Part shown: positions 34,374 to 47,162 of the stretch, piece after piece | How the letters are laid out: every line of letters begins with the position of its first letter | Position numbering within the stretch: the first letter of the stretch is position 1 | From: Nitrospirales bacterium | GTDB taxonomy: Bacteria; Nitrospirota; Nitrospiria; Nitrospirales; UBA8639 | Direction of reading: 5' to 3' | Length of the DNA: 64,000 nt | Assembly: GCA_963555755.3 (NCBI GenBank) | Contig: OY820905.2 | Location: 960,001-1,024,000 of the forward strand | Program-made: the position numbers and the translations under genes | Notes under the pieces: generated by a model | What the model was told of the DNA's origin: nothing | The model's input: only the letters and a program-made list of their open reading frames with translations | The model's database searches: none

Positions 34374-34515
34374 CAATGGCATTCGGTTAAGGCGAAATCA
34401 CAAAAAATTATAAAAAGTAAAAAAATTTTATCCTAATAAAACAACATGTTATAAAAATAGAAAAAGTTAAAAGTATCGACTTTTAGGCGATTTTACGCTT
34501 AAGCGAATGCCATTG
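34374..34515. mobile_element. AT-rich IS4-type MITE (142 bp)
   Basis: TIR CAATGGCATTCG.TTAAG; 10-bp TSD CCTAACGGGC. Confidence 0.88.
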
Positions 34516-35381
34516 CCTAACGGGCCTCCCCAACGGGACGACCCGCGTGTCGTTTTCACGTCTGGTCGAGCACCGGCTACAGCCCTCCCTATCGTACAGG
34601 AGGACGGCCTGGGAACATGCTGCACCGATGTGCCAGCGGCCTCGGACCCACCTTTGGGCCGTGTGGCATGATACCCCTTGACCCTGAATGACTCACCGAG
34701 TTGTTACTGTTGGCGTGGCAACGGGAATAGGAATTGTAAAAGGCCTTTTTGAGTCAACAGCAAAGTGCCAAAGATCCCGTTGTGGGGTTAATCTCCCACC
34801 TCCAGAGCCTGCCAGGCGTGAGTTCACCCTGCGCGAAGGGCCTGACTGGCTCTTTTCCGGATCAATCTCAATTTTGGTGGAGGTAGGCTAAACTCTATTA
34901 CGCATGGCCCGTAGCACACGTTGTCCGTTGTCATTTCGACCCTTGGAGGAACTCTCCCCCATTCCAACCCGGGTCACGTTCTCTCGGGCCAAGAGATTTC
35001 TCCTTGCACTCAAAATGATAGAAGGGAGCCTTCTGGTTGTTCCTCCAACCAGACTTGCTTTTTATCCCTTCCCCCTCTTGTCATTTCGACCCTTGGGAGA
35101 AATCTCGCCATTCCCGCCACACCTGAACAGGCTGTGCCCCCTCAACACGATCCCCATGACCTGCGGCGGGCCATGGAATAGGTCCCAATTCCACCAAAAT
35201 TGCAACTGGTCCTCTTTTCCCATGAATCAGGCCCAGCATGTGGCTGGCCTGTCTGCCGTAGCCGCGCCGTCGGCAAAGCAACTATGGCGCGTCGGCGACC
35301 TGGCGAAGGCTGGCGGCTTTATTCAACATCCCCCCCCCACACCTAGTGAAGAGTCAACTGCCCGATTCAATTCCGACAGGG

Positions 35382-35665
35382 TTAACTGTTTTGTGACTGT
35401 TGCCTCAATTTGTTGATGGCTTTGTGGCGAAAGCAGTCGGTGGTGTGGTCGTTGACCATTCCGGTGGCTTGCATGAAGGCGTAGCAGATGGTGGTGCCGA
35501 CGAAGGAGAAGCCTCGTCGCTTGAGGTCTTTGCTCATCGCGTCGGATTCGGTGGTATGGGCAGGCACGTCTTGTAGAGATTTCCATCGATTGTGGATCGG
35601 TCGGCCTTTGACGAATTGCCAAATATATTCATCAAAGCTTCCGATTTCCTGTTGGGTGGCTAGGA
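35382..35665 (-). pseudogene. tag: 3' part of DNA-3-methyladenine glycosylase I, truncated by an IS4 end
   Basis: SF..YIW.FV, SKDLKRRGFSFVG.TICYAFMQATGMVNDH...CF. Confidence 0.9.
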
Positions 35666-35748
35666 CTGCCATTTCCCCATAAATAAAGACTGGACAATCT
35701 CATTCATCCTCCAGCAACGCGAACCCCAGGCACATGAACTAAAACTCC

Positions 35749-36747
35749 CCTGCATACCCGGTTGACACCACTAACCACAAGGGATAGTATTTAATGTACG
35801 TATGCGGCAATATCCGAGGACTATTGGAGAATTGCTAAAGCGTTTTCCGGACGAGGCATCCTGCCGTGATTATTTGGAAAAGATCCGGTGGCCAAGTGGA
35901 GTCCAATGTCCGCGATGTCAATCTCTGCGTCTGTGGAGGAGAATGAACCGCCCCGTTCTCAAGTGCGCTGATTGCGATTTCCAAATTTCTATCTTGGCTG
36001 GAACAATGTTCCAAGACACCAAAATTTCCCTGGCAATGTGGTTCCAAGCCATCTGGTGGCTCACGAATCAAAAAACGGGTATCAGTGCGATTGGCTTACA
36101 GCGGGCAGTGGGAATGACGCGCCACGAAACGGCATGGAGAATATTGCACAAACTACGCATCGCCATGGTTCGCCCCCATCAGGATCGTTTGTCTGGAGCA
36201 ATAGAGGTAGATGAAGTGTGCCTCGGTGGGGAAAACAATAAGCAGCTTATCGGAGTTGCTGCGCAAATTGATGGCAAGAAGACGGGCAGAATCCGCATGG
36301 AGAAAATTACCGATCGATCAGGCCCTGTACTACAGGGCTTTGTCGCAAAATACATCAATCCAGGAAGCACCGTCGTCACCGATGGACTGAATAGTTATTG
36401 GGGGGTGACGAATCAGGGCTATATTCATATGCCCATGAAAAAACCATATTCGTGGGAAGAAAAAGGGGGCGATGCCGATGAACTATTGCCGCGCGTTCAC
36501 CGGGTTGCCTCGCTCCTCAAGCGCTGGTACTACGGAACATATCACGGCAGAATTGATCCTATGAACCTGGATACCTATCTCAATGAATTCACGTTTCGAT
36601 TGAACAGACGCACCTCCACTTCGAGGGGCTTGCTTTTTTACCGTGTCCTTGAAAATGCCGTTGCCAAAGATCCCAGCCCCTATGCACCCCAAAAGATGCG
36701 CTAAGATACTACCCCTTGTATGTAGTGGCGTCAACCGGGTATGCAGG
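35749..36747 (+). mobile_element. IS1595-family element, transposase 35802-36704
   Basis: CPRC/C..C zinc ribbon; EVDE, TDG and YLNEF.FR.NRR motifs; TIR CCTGCATACCCGGTTGAC; 8-bp TSD (A/G)AAACTCC. Confidence 0.92.
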
Positions 36748-36881
36748 GAAACTCCGTATATCCCCGCCACAGGAGTTGATGACCTGGTGGCGGGTCGTTG
36801 TTACGTCCGAGATAGCCTCCGATCTTCGCAACCAGTCGCACCGCGTCACCCAACAGCAACGGAGGCTTCAATCGTTTTTTT

Positions 36882-39294
36882 GTAACTACTCAGGTCAATT
36901 TTCTATAGCCTGATTTTTTTCTGGACTAACGGCTCCACCCATGGCATAATCGGGGCCATGAATGAAGCGATTACATGTCAAGGTCGTCGCCTCCCCCAAT
37001 CTGATCTGTGCTGGTTACGCCATCTGGTTTGCCGGCACCCTGACTGGAGCCGCCATAAAATAACCCAGCATATTTGTCGGCACTGGGGCTGGCAGACCCC
37101 GTCCGGACAACTGAAAACCTTTGCCGCCCGCAGCATGATCGACAAACTCGAACATCGCGGGCTCCTGAAGCTGCCCCCGATTCGTGTCGCCTCTCGACGC
37201 AACATCTTCCCCCCTTTCCGAAAGGGGTTTATGCCTCCCGAAGCCCCGCACATCGACGCAGCTCTCAAGACCCTGACGCCCCTGTCCATTCATATTCCAA
37301 CCTCACATTCCTACGAAGCCAGTTGTGTGGGATATTACCTGAGCCACCATCACTACCTCGGGTTCACCCGAACGGTCGGTGAACATCTCAAGTACCTGGT
37401 GCGGGATCGCTCCGGGCAGGATCTGGCCTGCCTCCTCTTCGGTTCCGCCGCCTGGAAAACCACCCCGCGCGACACCTTTATCGGCTGGGAGCCGGACACC
37501 CGAGCCGCCAACCTCAACTTCATGACCAACAATACCCGCTTTCTCATCCTGCCCTGGGTGCGTGTGCCGCATCTGGCCAGCCATCTCCTGGGCCGGGTCA
37601 TGAGACGTCTCCGGCAGGACTGGATCGAGAAATACGGCCATCCCGTCCACTTGGTGGAGACCTTTGTGGAGCGAGACCGCTTCAAAGGTATCTGCTATCA
37701 GGCCGCGAACTGGCTCTATGTCGGGCAGACCAAAGGCCGGTCCCGGCAGGACCGTGACAAGGCTCTGCGCGTGCCGGTGAAGGCAATTTATCTCTATCCC
37801 CTCATCCGCCACTTCCGACAGGCCCTCTGCCGGAGCAAGCCATGACCTTCACCCGCGACGCACTCCTCATCCTGGCCAAGAGCAACCCCGAGGCGCTCGT
37901 CGAACTGATCCTGGCGCTGCAGGAACAGGGGCAGGCGCTGACCACGCATGTCACCGAACTGGCACAGCGGCTCGACCAACACAGTCGCAACAGCAGCAAA
38001 CCGCCCTCGTCCGATGGACCGGCCAAGCCCCGAACCAAGAGCCTGCGCATACCTTCCGGGAAAAAGCCGGGCGGCCAACAGGGACATGCCGGCCAGACGT
38101 TAAAACAGGTGGAAACCCCAGACCACCTGGTCCACCTGCCTGTTCACTCCTGTTCCTGCCATGCCGACCTCACCAACGAGACGGTCACCGGCTATGAACG
38201 CCGGCAGCTCTTTGAACTGCCGGAGCCAAAACTCGACGTCACCGAATATCGGGGAGCAATCAAAACCTGCCCCCAATGCGGCCGCTCGGTCACGGCGTCA
38301 TTTCCTGATGACCTGCCTGCGCCGGCACAGTACGGTCCCAGATTTCGCAGCCTCCTGGTCTACCTCCAGAACCAACAGTTGATCCCCTTACGCCGTGTCA
38401 GCCAGATGATGGCTGATCTGTATGGCGCCTCGGTCAGCGACGCCACCATTGACGAGGCCTCCCGCCGAAGTTATGAGCACCTCGCGCCGTTCGAGACTGC
38501 GGTCAAAGAAGCGCTCGGCAAGAGTCCCATCCTCCATGCCGATGAAAGCGGCGTCCGCACGGCCGGGACGCTCCACTGGCTCCACAGTGCCAGCACGGCC
38601 ACGTTGACCTTTTACGGTGTGCACGCCAAACGGGGAAGAGAGGCGATCGAGCAGTTCCAGATCCTCCCGGATTTTGCTGGCCGCCTGATCCACGATTTCT
38701 GGAAACCCTATCTCTCCTATGACTGTGCCCACGGCCTCTGTAACGCCCATCATTTGCGGGAACTCACGTGCCTGTTCGAGCAGCACGAACAACCATGGGC
38801 CAAACACATGTTTGACCTGTTGCTGACGATGAACGTGTTTGTCAGCAAGCAACTCGCACAGTTAACGGAAGAACAGAAAACCCCCTGGCTGAAACAATAC
38901 AGGGATCTTCTCACCCTCGGATGGCAGGCCAACCCCCTTCCGGCACCGCCACAGAAAAAGTCACGAGGCCGGCCCAAAAAGACCAAGGCCCAAAATCTCC
39001 TCACCCGTCTTGGCGAGCATGAAGCCTCCGTGCTCGCGTTCCTCCATGACAGACAGGTTCCCTTCACTAATAATCTGGCAGAACAGGATATCCGCATGAT
39101 CAAGCTCCGCCTCAAAATATCCGGGTGTTTTCGAACGCTTCAAGGCGCGAGGCAGTTCGCCCGCATACGAAGCTACCTTTCTACCGCGAGAAAGCAGGGC
39201 GGCAACATGCTGCAAGCCATTTCACAAGCCATGATCGGCCACCCCTTTATGCCTGCACAATTCACTACAAAGATCATCACACCTGAGTAGTTAC
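36882..39294 (+). mobile_element. IS66-family element with a DUF4338 ORF (36958-37845) coupled to TnpC (37842-39290)
   Basis: TIR GTAACTACTCAGGT; 8-bp TSD GTTTTTTT; SRNSSKPPSSD, HADES, C.AHHLREL and FTNN.AE.D.R motifs. Confidence 0.95.
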
Positions 39295-41209
39295 GTTTTT
39301 TTTAGCGTAGGCGTGCAAGGTCCGCAATTCAATGTCCGAGAACAGCACCTCGGCCGGCAATTCCGGGGTTTCTCTCCCCAGAAGGGTCATGAGCATAATC
39401 CGCCAGGCAATGACAAGGTTAATGGCAATCGCCCGACACAAACGTTCTGCACTCTCGTGAGCGATCTCCTCAATGCGACAGCCGGATTTCAGCACGCGGT
39501 GCCAGTCTTCGATACGCCATCGCAGAGCGTACCAGCGCAGGCACTGTTCGGCCTCCGCGGCCGAGGAGATATCGATCGTTGTCAGCAGGAACCACTCAAC
39601 GGGCTCAGCCGTTGCCGGCGGGTGCTCTTCCAGCGCATGAACCACCCAGATATCGATGGGTTCCTTGGCGGCGTGGTCGTGTGCCGGACGAAGTTGGATT
39701 CGCCTAGCGCGTACCGCCATATCCGCCGTACGCCCGGCCCGCTTGGGTCGAGCCTGTTGTTTGCTTCTCTTAGGCCGGGCGCTCTGTCGTGGGAGGTGTA
39801 CGCGAATCCGACTCTGAACGGGCGCCTGACGAATGGCGGTGAACAGTTTGAAGGGTTCTTCGGTGATGGTGCGGTTCTGCTTGGCACGGACCAGTAGGCC
39901 AACGCGAGGGTGTTGGCGTTGCTCGTCGAACATGTCGAAGAAGTCCGCTTCCCGGTCGCACACGTCGATCAGGCGCGTCTGAGGCATTTCGGACGCCAGT
40001 TCAACCAGATCGCGGTGCTGCGCAATCCAGTTGAAGGTCTTCTTCTCCTCGATCGGAATGGCGAACGCGGGCCGATCATCTTCCGGTGCTCTGCTTTTGG
40101 GGGCTGTGCACTGAGCACGCAGCACTCCCAAGGGTAGTCCGTTCGGGGCGATCGCCAACATGGAGTGCAAATGGAGTCCGCGGCTCTTTGCACCGGTCTG
40201 GTTGGTGCCAATCTCACCCAGCCCTTCACAGTGATCCAGGTTGGTGTATTCCAAATCGCTGCCGTCCTGCACACACAGCACGGTCTTTTGTCCCTTCATC
40301 CGCCGCACGGTGCGCCTGCGGTGCGGCCTCAGGATGTTGGGCATGGTGATTGCCGAGTCCTCCGGCTGGTCGATCATGCGGTAATAAGCCTTGACCGCCG
40401 CCCAATCGCCCTTGGCCACGCCGCTAAAGGCGCGGCCCGGCACTTCGGCTTTGGCTGCCGCCACGGTTACCAGCCTTTTGCTCAGCCGAGCATCGCCTAG
40501 GGGGGCGCCGCCGAACTCGTGTTCCGCCCAAAGATCTCCCCCCAAACCGTCTGCCGGATTCAACGGACTAAGCCCGGCATTCGGGGGCAACCCCATTCGC
40601 TCCCGAAAGTCGGTCTCGATGGGGTAGACATAAATCGCTTTGGCGCTCAGCGCCGACTGTTTGAAGCGATCTTGTCTGCCGCGCCCCTTGGTCTTCCCCA
40701 CCGCGATCCAGTTCGCCGCCCGATAGCAGGCCCCCGAATAGTGACGGGTGTCGACAAAACTCTCGACCAACCAGGGCTTATAGCCGAACTGGCGCTCAAA
40801 ATCATCGGGCAAAGTCGCAAGACTCATACTCAGCACTTTCGAAGCCAGGTTGCGGCATGGCACGCTCGGACGAAGCAGAAAACGGCTCATCCCCACCACA
40901 CAATGCAGATGGGCTCGGCGCTGCTCGGCATCCCAGCCGATCCACGTGTCACGGTCGGCCAGCTGCAGAGCCGCTGCGGCAAATCCAAATCCGCCCAGCC
41001 AACCATGGTGTGACCCGATGAGGTAGCGCAGCTGCCGCCCGACGAGAGGCCCCGCCCCTTGAGGATGTTCGTTGATCATCAGCTCATTCCATATCCGCAT
41101 CTGCTCGGATGTGCTCACCCGTACCAGCTCCAATCCTTGGACCTTCCCGGCTTGAGACGGAACCGCTACGGCCAAAGGTACCGGCGCCAATAAACGCCGG
41201 GGAGAACTG

Positions 41210-42585
41210 TGTAGTGGTCTAGTTGAATGGGACACCTGGAAAAGGGACAATACCCATCAGGAGGGGTTCAATGGAAACAAGACGACGACAGTACACAGCC
41301 GCGTTCAAGCGCGACGCCGTGGCCCTGGTTATGGAACAAGGCTATACCCTGACCCTAGCCGGCCAGAATTTAGGGATCACGGCCAAATTGCTCTCGCGCT
41401 GGAAGCGCGAACAGCAGCACCATCAGGACGCGGCCTTCCCCGGCCAGGGGCATCAGACGCCCGAGCAATCCGAATTACGCATGTTACGCGAGGACAATCA
41501 GCGCCTACGGATGGAGCGCGACATCTTAAAAACAGCGACGGCCTTCTTCGCCACCCACAACATCTGAGATATCCCTTCATTCACCGTGAACGGCAGACGT
41601 ATCCTGTCCGGCTGCGCTGTGCCGTCTTCGAGGTGAGTGCCAGTGGGTATTATCGGTTTGTGCAACGTGGAGGAGGCCGGGCGCAGGCAGATCCAGCGCT
41701 GATTCTTCAGGTTCAGCAACTCCATCGGGCCTCTCGTCGCAGCTAGGGCTCGCGCCGACTGAGTCAGGCCTTGCAACAGGCTGGGCATGCGATCGGTCGC
41801 GATCGGACACGGACCCTGATGCGCCAGGCGAATCTGAAGCCCACGGGCACAGGGCGGTGTCCGCAGACGACGGATAGCCGCCATGCCTTGCCCCTTGCCC
41901 CTAATATACTCAACCGGCAATTTACGGTCGCGGCGCCTAATCGAGTGTGGGGCAGTGATATCACCGCCCTCTGGACCCAGGAAGGGTGGCTGTATCTCGC
42001 GATTGTGGTGGAGCTGTTTTCCCGCAAAGTCGTGGGCGGGGCCTGTGCGGCCTCCATGGCGACGTGCTGAGTCTCGCAGGCCTTGCAGATGGCCATGGGG
42101 CAACGTCACCCCAAGCCAGGGTTGCTCCATCACTCGGATCGCGGCAGTCAGTATGCCAGTGCGGAGTATCAACAGCAGCTCCGGAACGCCGAGATGGGGT
42201 GCAGTATGAGTCGGAAGGGCAATTGCTATGACAATGCGGTTGTGGAACGGGTATTCCGGAGCCTGAAAGAAGAAGGCTTCACGGAGGAACCACCCGACAC
42301 ACGGGCCGAGGCCACGCTAAGCGTGATTGATTACCTGGCGATGTTTTATAATAGTGAGCGGCTTCACTCGACCTTGGGCTATCAGAGTCCCAATACGTTT
42401 GAGGCACAGGCGGCGAAGACCGATCAAGGGAATACTCCAGTATCAACCAAACCGTGATCGGCCAGTGAGAGGCAAATAGGGACGACAAATTTTTCCCACA
42501 CCCAGGCCAAATCCTCAGCGAGGGCCGTCTGGGCTTATTCACACAATCCCCTTTTCTCCCTGTCCATTTTCACTGGACCACTACA
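41210..42585 (+). mobile_element. IS3-family element, decayed (orfA 41271-41567; orfB with stops)
   Basis: TGTAGTGGTC...GACCACTACA ends; W.SDIT, HSDRGSQY and GNCYDNA motifs. Confidence 0.92.
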
Positions 42586-42638
42586 TGCGGTCAAATCTTT
42601 GGTTGAGAGTTTCAGATGGAAAGAGGGAGACTATTCGG

Positions 42639-42776
42639 ATGCCCCGACCTCTCCGCATCGAATATCCGGGCGCGGTCTATCATGTAATGAACCGTGGGCT
42701 AGCCCGACCGCCGGTCTTTCGCGACCCCACCGATTATGACGCCTTTCTTCGGGTGTTGAGTGAGACCCAGAATTAG
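42639..42776 (+). pseudogene. REP-associated tyrosine transposase (RAYT) N-terminal fragment
   Basis: MPRPLRIEYPGAVYHVMNRG. Confidence 0.85.
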
Positions 42777-42890
42777 GGACACTGATAAGTTAATAACTTA
42801 ATGGACAACGAGAGGCGACCGGGGCATCGTCCGGACGATGCCCTGACAAGGACGACTGTCCATTGTGGGCAGCAGCTACCACGTGAGGGG
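42774..42890. repeat. IS-end-like ~110-bp repeat; second copy at ~47183-47297
   Basis: TAGGGACA..GATAAGTTAATAA.TTAAT...CCATTGTGGGC...CCACGTGAG is shared by both. Confidence 0.7.
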
Positions 42891-43730
42891 GCGTGGCCTG
42901 AAACGGCGGCGGCTCTGCAGTACGACGGACGAGAAAGAAGACCTGGTAGCAGGGCTGGCCATCGGCCTCCACGCCAATCATAGTCAATGTCTGGCCTGGG
43001 CGATCCTGCCCCATCATTACCACGGAAGGGGCTTGGGATTCCTTGATTGAATGTCTAACTTTGAGGATGGCGTCAGGATGAGAGAGGTCCATTGGACCAC
43101 ATATGAAGTTGGCCCGTTTATGGAATGAGGGTGGGCTTTGGTTACGGTTCACCATTCATGTATGAATACCCTGACCACATTGGAAAGAGCCGAACACTGT
43201 ATGAATGAATCCACTGTACCAATCAATCCACGAGGACAACTACCCAACGGCCGTCGCCTGGTCCGACTCCGAAAGACGATGGCGACAGGAATACTCTTTA
43301 TGGCGTTTGCTGGTGGGGTGGTCTTTGGCGGCTTACTTTTCCTGGCGGTGGCCCTCCTTTATGTTGGGGGCAGGATCTTCTGATTCGTGAGGTGAAGCAA
43401 TGGGATGTGGGATGGGAATCGGAGATTTCCATTTGGTTTGTAGGATCGGGATGTCTCCCTGGTGCCATTATCGGATGCCTACTCTGGAAGTATGGGGTAA
43501 TAAAATGGGGGTTACTGACCAAACAAGAATATCGAGAGATGGATTGGGCCACCAGTAAATGGGGAGCCCTAGGCGCCTGGAAAATACCACCGGAATCTTG
43601 GAAGGATGAAAATGAGGAAGAAGAAGATCCAGCCAACTACCCATTTTCCCAGCCACCCATACAGCAAAAATTCAACAAGGTAAAAAGCAGGATAAAAAAA
43701 GATTTTGACTTGGAAATAGGTACAATTGTA

Positions 43731-46143
43731 GTAACTACTCAGGTGTGATGATCTTTGTAGTGAATTGTGCAGGCATAAAGGGGTGGCCGATCATGGCTTG
43801 TGAAATGGCTTGCAGCATGTTGCCGCCCTGCTTTCTCGCGGTAGAAAGGTAGCTTCGTATGCGGGCGAACTGCCTCGCGCCTTGAAGCGTTCGAAAACAC
43901 CCGGATATTTTGAGGCGGAGCTTGATCATGCGGATATCCTGTTCTGCCAGATTATTAGTGAAGGGAACCTGTCTGTCATGGAGGAACGCGAGCACGGAGG
44001 CTTCATGCTCGCCAAGACGGGTGAGGAGATTTTGGGCCTTGGTCTTTTTGGGCCGGCCTCGTGACTTTTTCTGTGGCGGTGCCGGAAGGGGGTTGGCCTG
44101 CCATCCGAGGGTGAGAAGATCCCTGTATTGTTTCAGCCAGGGGGTTTTCTGTTCTTCCGTTAACTGTGCGAGTTGCTTGCTGACAAACACGTTCATCGTC
44201 AGCAACAGGTCAAACATGTGTTTGGCCCATGGTTGTTCGTGCTGCTCGAACAGGCACGTGAGTTCCCGCAAATGATGGGCGTTACAGAGGCCGTGGGCAC
44301 AGTCATAGGAGAGATAGGGTTTCCAGAAATCGTGGATCAGGCGGCCAGCAAAATCCGGGAGGATCTGGAACTGCTCGATCGCCTCTCTTCCCCGTTTGGC
44401 GTGCACACCGTAAAAGGTCAACGTGGCCGTGCTGGCACTGTGGAGCCAGTGGAGCGTCCCGGCCGTGCGGACGCCGCTTTCATCGGCATGGAGGATGGGA
44501 CTCTTGCCGAGCGCTTCTTTGACCGCAGTCTCGAACGGCGCGAGGTGCTCATAACTTCGGCGGGAGGCCTCGTCAATGGTGGCGTCGCTGACCGAGGCGC
44601 CATACAGATCAGCCATCATCTGGCTGACACGGCGTAAGGGGATCAACTGTTGGTTCTGGAGGTAGACCAGGAGGCTGCGAAATCTGGGACCGTACTGTGC
44701 CGGCGCAGGCAGGTCATCAGGAAATGACGCCGTGACCGAGCGGCCGCATTGGGGGCAGGTTTTGATTGCTCCCCGATATTCGGTGACGTCGAGTTTTGGC
44801 TCCGGCAGTTCAAAGAGCTGCCGGCGTTCATAGCCGGTGACCGTCTCGTTGGTGAGGTCGGCATGGCAGGAACAGGAGTGAACAGGCAGGTGGACCAGGT
44901 GGTCTGGGGTTTCCACCTGTTTTAACGTCTGGCCGGCATGTCCCTGTTGGCCGCCCGGCTTTTTCCCGGAAGGTATGCGCAGGCTCTTGGTTCGGGGCTT
45001 GGCCGGTCCATCGGACGAGGGCGGTTTGCTGCTGTTGCGACTGTGTTGGTCGAGCCGCTGTGCCAGTTCGGTGACATGCGTGGTCAGCGCCTGCCCCTGT
45101 TCCTGCAGCGCCAGGATCAGTTCGACGAGCGCCTCGGGGTTGCTCTTGGCCAGGATGAGGAGTGCGTCGCGGGTGAAGGTCATGGCTTGCTCCGGCAGAG
45201 GGCCTGTCGGAAGTGGCGGATGAGGGGATAGAGATAAATTGCCTTCACCGGCACGCGCAGAGCCTTGTCACGGTCCTGCCGGGACCGGCCTTTGGTCTGC
45301 CCGACATAGAGCCAGTTCGCGGCCTGATAGCAGATACCTTTGAAGCGGTCTCGCTCCACAAAGGTCTCCACCAAGTGGACGGGATGGCCGTATTTCTCGA
45401 TCCAGTCCTGCCGGAGACGTCTCATGACCCGGCCCAGGAGATGGCTGGCCAGATGCGGCACACGCACCCAGGGCAGGATGAGAAAGCGGGTATTGTTGGT
45501 CATGAAGTTGAGGTTGGCGGCTCGGGTGTCCGGCTCCCAGCCGATAAAGGTGTCGCGCGGGGTGGTTTTCCAGGCGGCGGAACCGAAGAGGAGGCAGGCC
45601 AGATCCTGCCCGGAGCGATCCCGCACCAGGTACTTGAGATGTTCACCGACCGTTCGGGTGAACCCGAGGTAGTGATGGTGGCTCAGGTAATATCCCACAC
45701 AACTGGCTTCGTAGGAATGTGAGGTTGGAATATGAATGGACAGGGGCGTCAGGGTCTTGAGAGCTGCGTCGATGTGCGGGGCTTCGGGAGGCATAAACCC
45801 CTTTCGGAAAGGGGGGAAGATGTTGCGTCGAGAGGCGACACGAATCGGGGGCAGCTTCAGGAGCCCGCGATGTTCGAGTTTGTCGATCATGCTGCGGGCG
45901 GCAAAGGTTTTCAGTTGTCCGGACGGGGTCTGCCAGCCCCAGTGCCGACAAATATGCTGGGTTATTTTATGGCGGCTCCAGTCAGGGTGCCGGCAAACCA
46001 GATGGCGTAACCAGCACAGATCAGATTGGGGGAGGCGACGACCTTGACATGTAATCGCTTCATTCATGGCCCCGATTATGCCATGGGTGGAGCCGTTAGT
46101 CCAGAAAAAAATCAGGCTATAGAAAATTGACCTGAGTAGTTAC
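43731..46143 (-). mobile_element. Second IS66/DUF4338 copy (ORFs 46067->45180 and 45183->43735)
   Basis: Same 2413-bp length and identical proteins; 8-bp TSD CAATTGTA. Confidence 0.95.
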
Positions 46144-46250
46144 CAATTGTAAATAGTTAACAGGAACCTTTTCTGTTTTTTTTGTGATCACCTTGCATTA
46201 ATTTTTTCTGTGGGCGCCCCCCCTTAGGCACAACTAAGCAAAATGCGCGA

Positions 46251-46574
46251 CTAAGCCAAATGAATAAGTTGTCCTGGTTGGATCTGGATCAACGCCTTCT
46301 CCACTTTGGCCATGAGAGGCAAGACATCGCCGTAGCGGTTGCTTGGCGCGTTGAGACACAGGATAGCGAGGGAAAAGGTAGGAATGTTCTGTTGAAATGC
46401 GAGATGCTGATCCATGGTCAGAAAGACATCAAACTGTTGTTCGGCTAGGCGGAGCAACTCGCCATTCTTCTTGCTCGCCCAGCCCATTTCCGGCACCGTC
46501 ATGACATTATGATCACATAGATCATTTTTCAACCGGCGCGGCAGGCATTCATCCAGCAGAATGCGAATCGGCAA
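46251..46574 (-). CDS. DUF5615-type PIN-like toxin
   Basis: ILLDECLP, H.V.TV..MGW...KNGELL and LT.D motifs. Confidence 0.85.
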   Translation of the reverse strand: MPIRILLDECLPRRLKNDLCDHNVMTVPEMGWASKKNGELLRLAEQQFDVFLTMDQHLAFQQNIPTFSLAILCLNAPSNRYGDVLPLMAKVEKALIQIQPGQLIHLA

Positions 46575-46776
46575 GGAGCGCCTCCTTCGCTTCTTCCAAG
46601 GCTAGAATGGTCTGTTCTTTTGTGACGGTCGGAAAATCACGAAGAAACTCATCGAGCGAGTCCCCGGCTTCGAGGTAATCGAGCAATGTTTGAAACGGCA
46701 CCCGCGTCCCTTTAAACACGGGAAGACCACAGAGAATATCTGGATCACGTTGAATAACCGAGTCTTTGGTCAGCAT
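46549..46776 (-). CDS. DUF433-family antitoxin
   Basis: DPDIL.G.PVFKGTRVP..L..YL..G..LDEFL.DFPT. Confidence 0.88.
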   Translation of the reverse strand: MLTKDSVIQRDPDILCGLPVFKGTRVPFQTLLDYLEAGDSLDEFLRDFPTVTKEQTILALEEAKEALLADSHSAG

Positions 46777-46939
46777 ACCAATTCCTCCCTCCTTGCATTT
46801 CTCATCCGCCCTCCTCACTTATGAAGCCGATTGCTACGTACTTTGTTTGAACCACCAGCGTCTCCACCACCTCAATACTCTTTTGGTACTGATACTACCC
46901 GAATAGGAGATGGTTTCAAACACCTGTCGGGCACGTCTA

Positions 46940-47162
46940 GCCGGGAAGCCTCGTTGAGTATGTCTACAATGGCTCACAATTGGCCCAAGTCACGGAAGGC
47001 GCCACGACTAATGCGGCTTATTGGGGCTTTGATGCCCAAGGCTCACCCGGCACATTCACCCACGAGAATGGCGTGGTCACCACCAATACGTACGATTCGA
47101 CCGATTATCACCTTACAACCCTCAGACAGTCAAAGTGGGCAGTACCGTGCTCGAAGATTTAA
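46940..47162 (+). pseudogene. YD/RHS-repeat protein fragment
   Basis: YVYNG.QL.QV...T..NGVVTTNTYD....HLTTL. Confidence 0.45.

Larger units (their letters stand above)
35666..41209 (-). mobile_element. IS4 (IS50/Tn5-like) element with DUF4338-transposase fusion; interrupted by IS66 and IS1595 and truncated by IS3
   Basis: FG.A.LGD.RL.KRL, QDGS, CDREAD and Y.LRWRIEDWHRVLKSGC motifs. The C-terminal GGYLGR..DPPPG...LWRG lies at 36756-36881 and the tail at ~35700-35748. Confidence 0.9.

Noticed and set aside
26046..46143. Complete Druantia defence system
   Set aside because: Only DUF4338 is present, always inside IS boundaries; there is no DruE helicase or other dru gene.
36882..46143. Composite transposon bounded by the inverted IS66 pair
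   Set aside because: Each copy has its own TSD (GTTTTTTT and CAATTGTA), indicating independent insertions.
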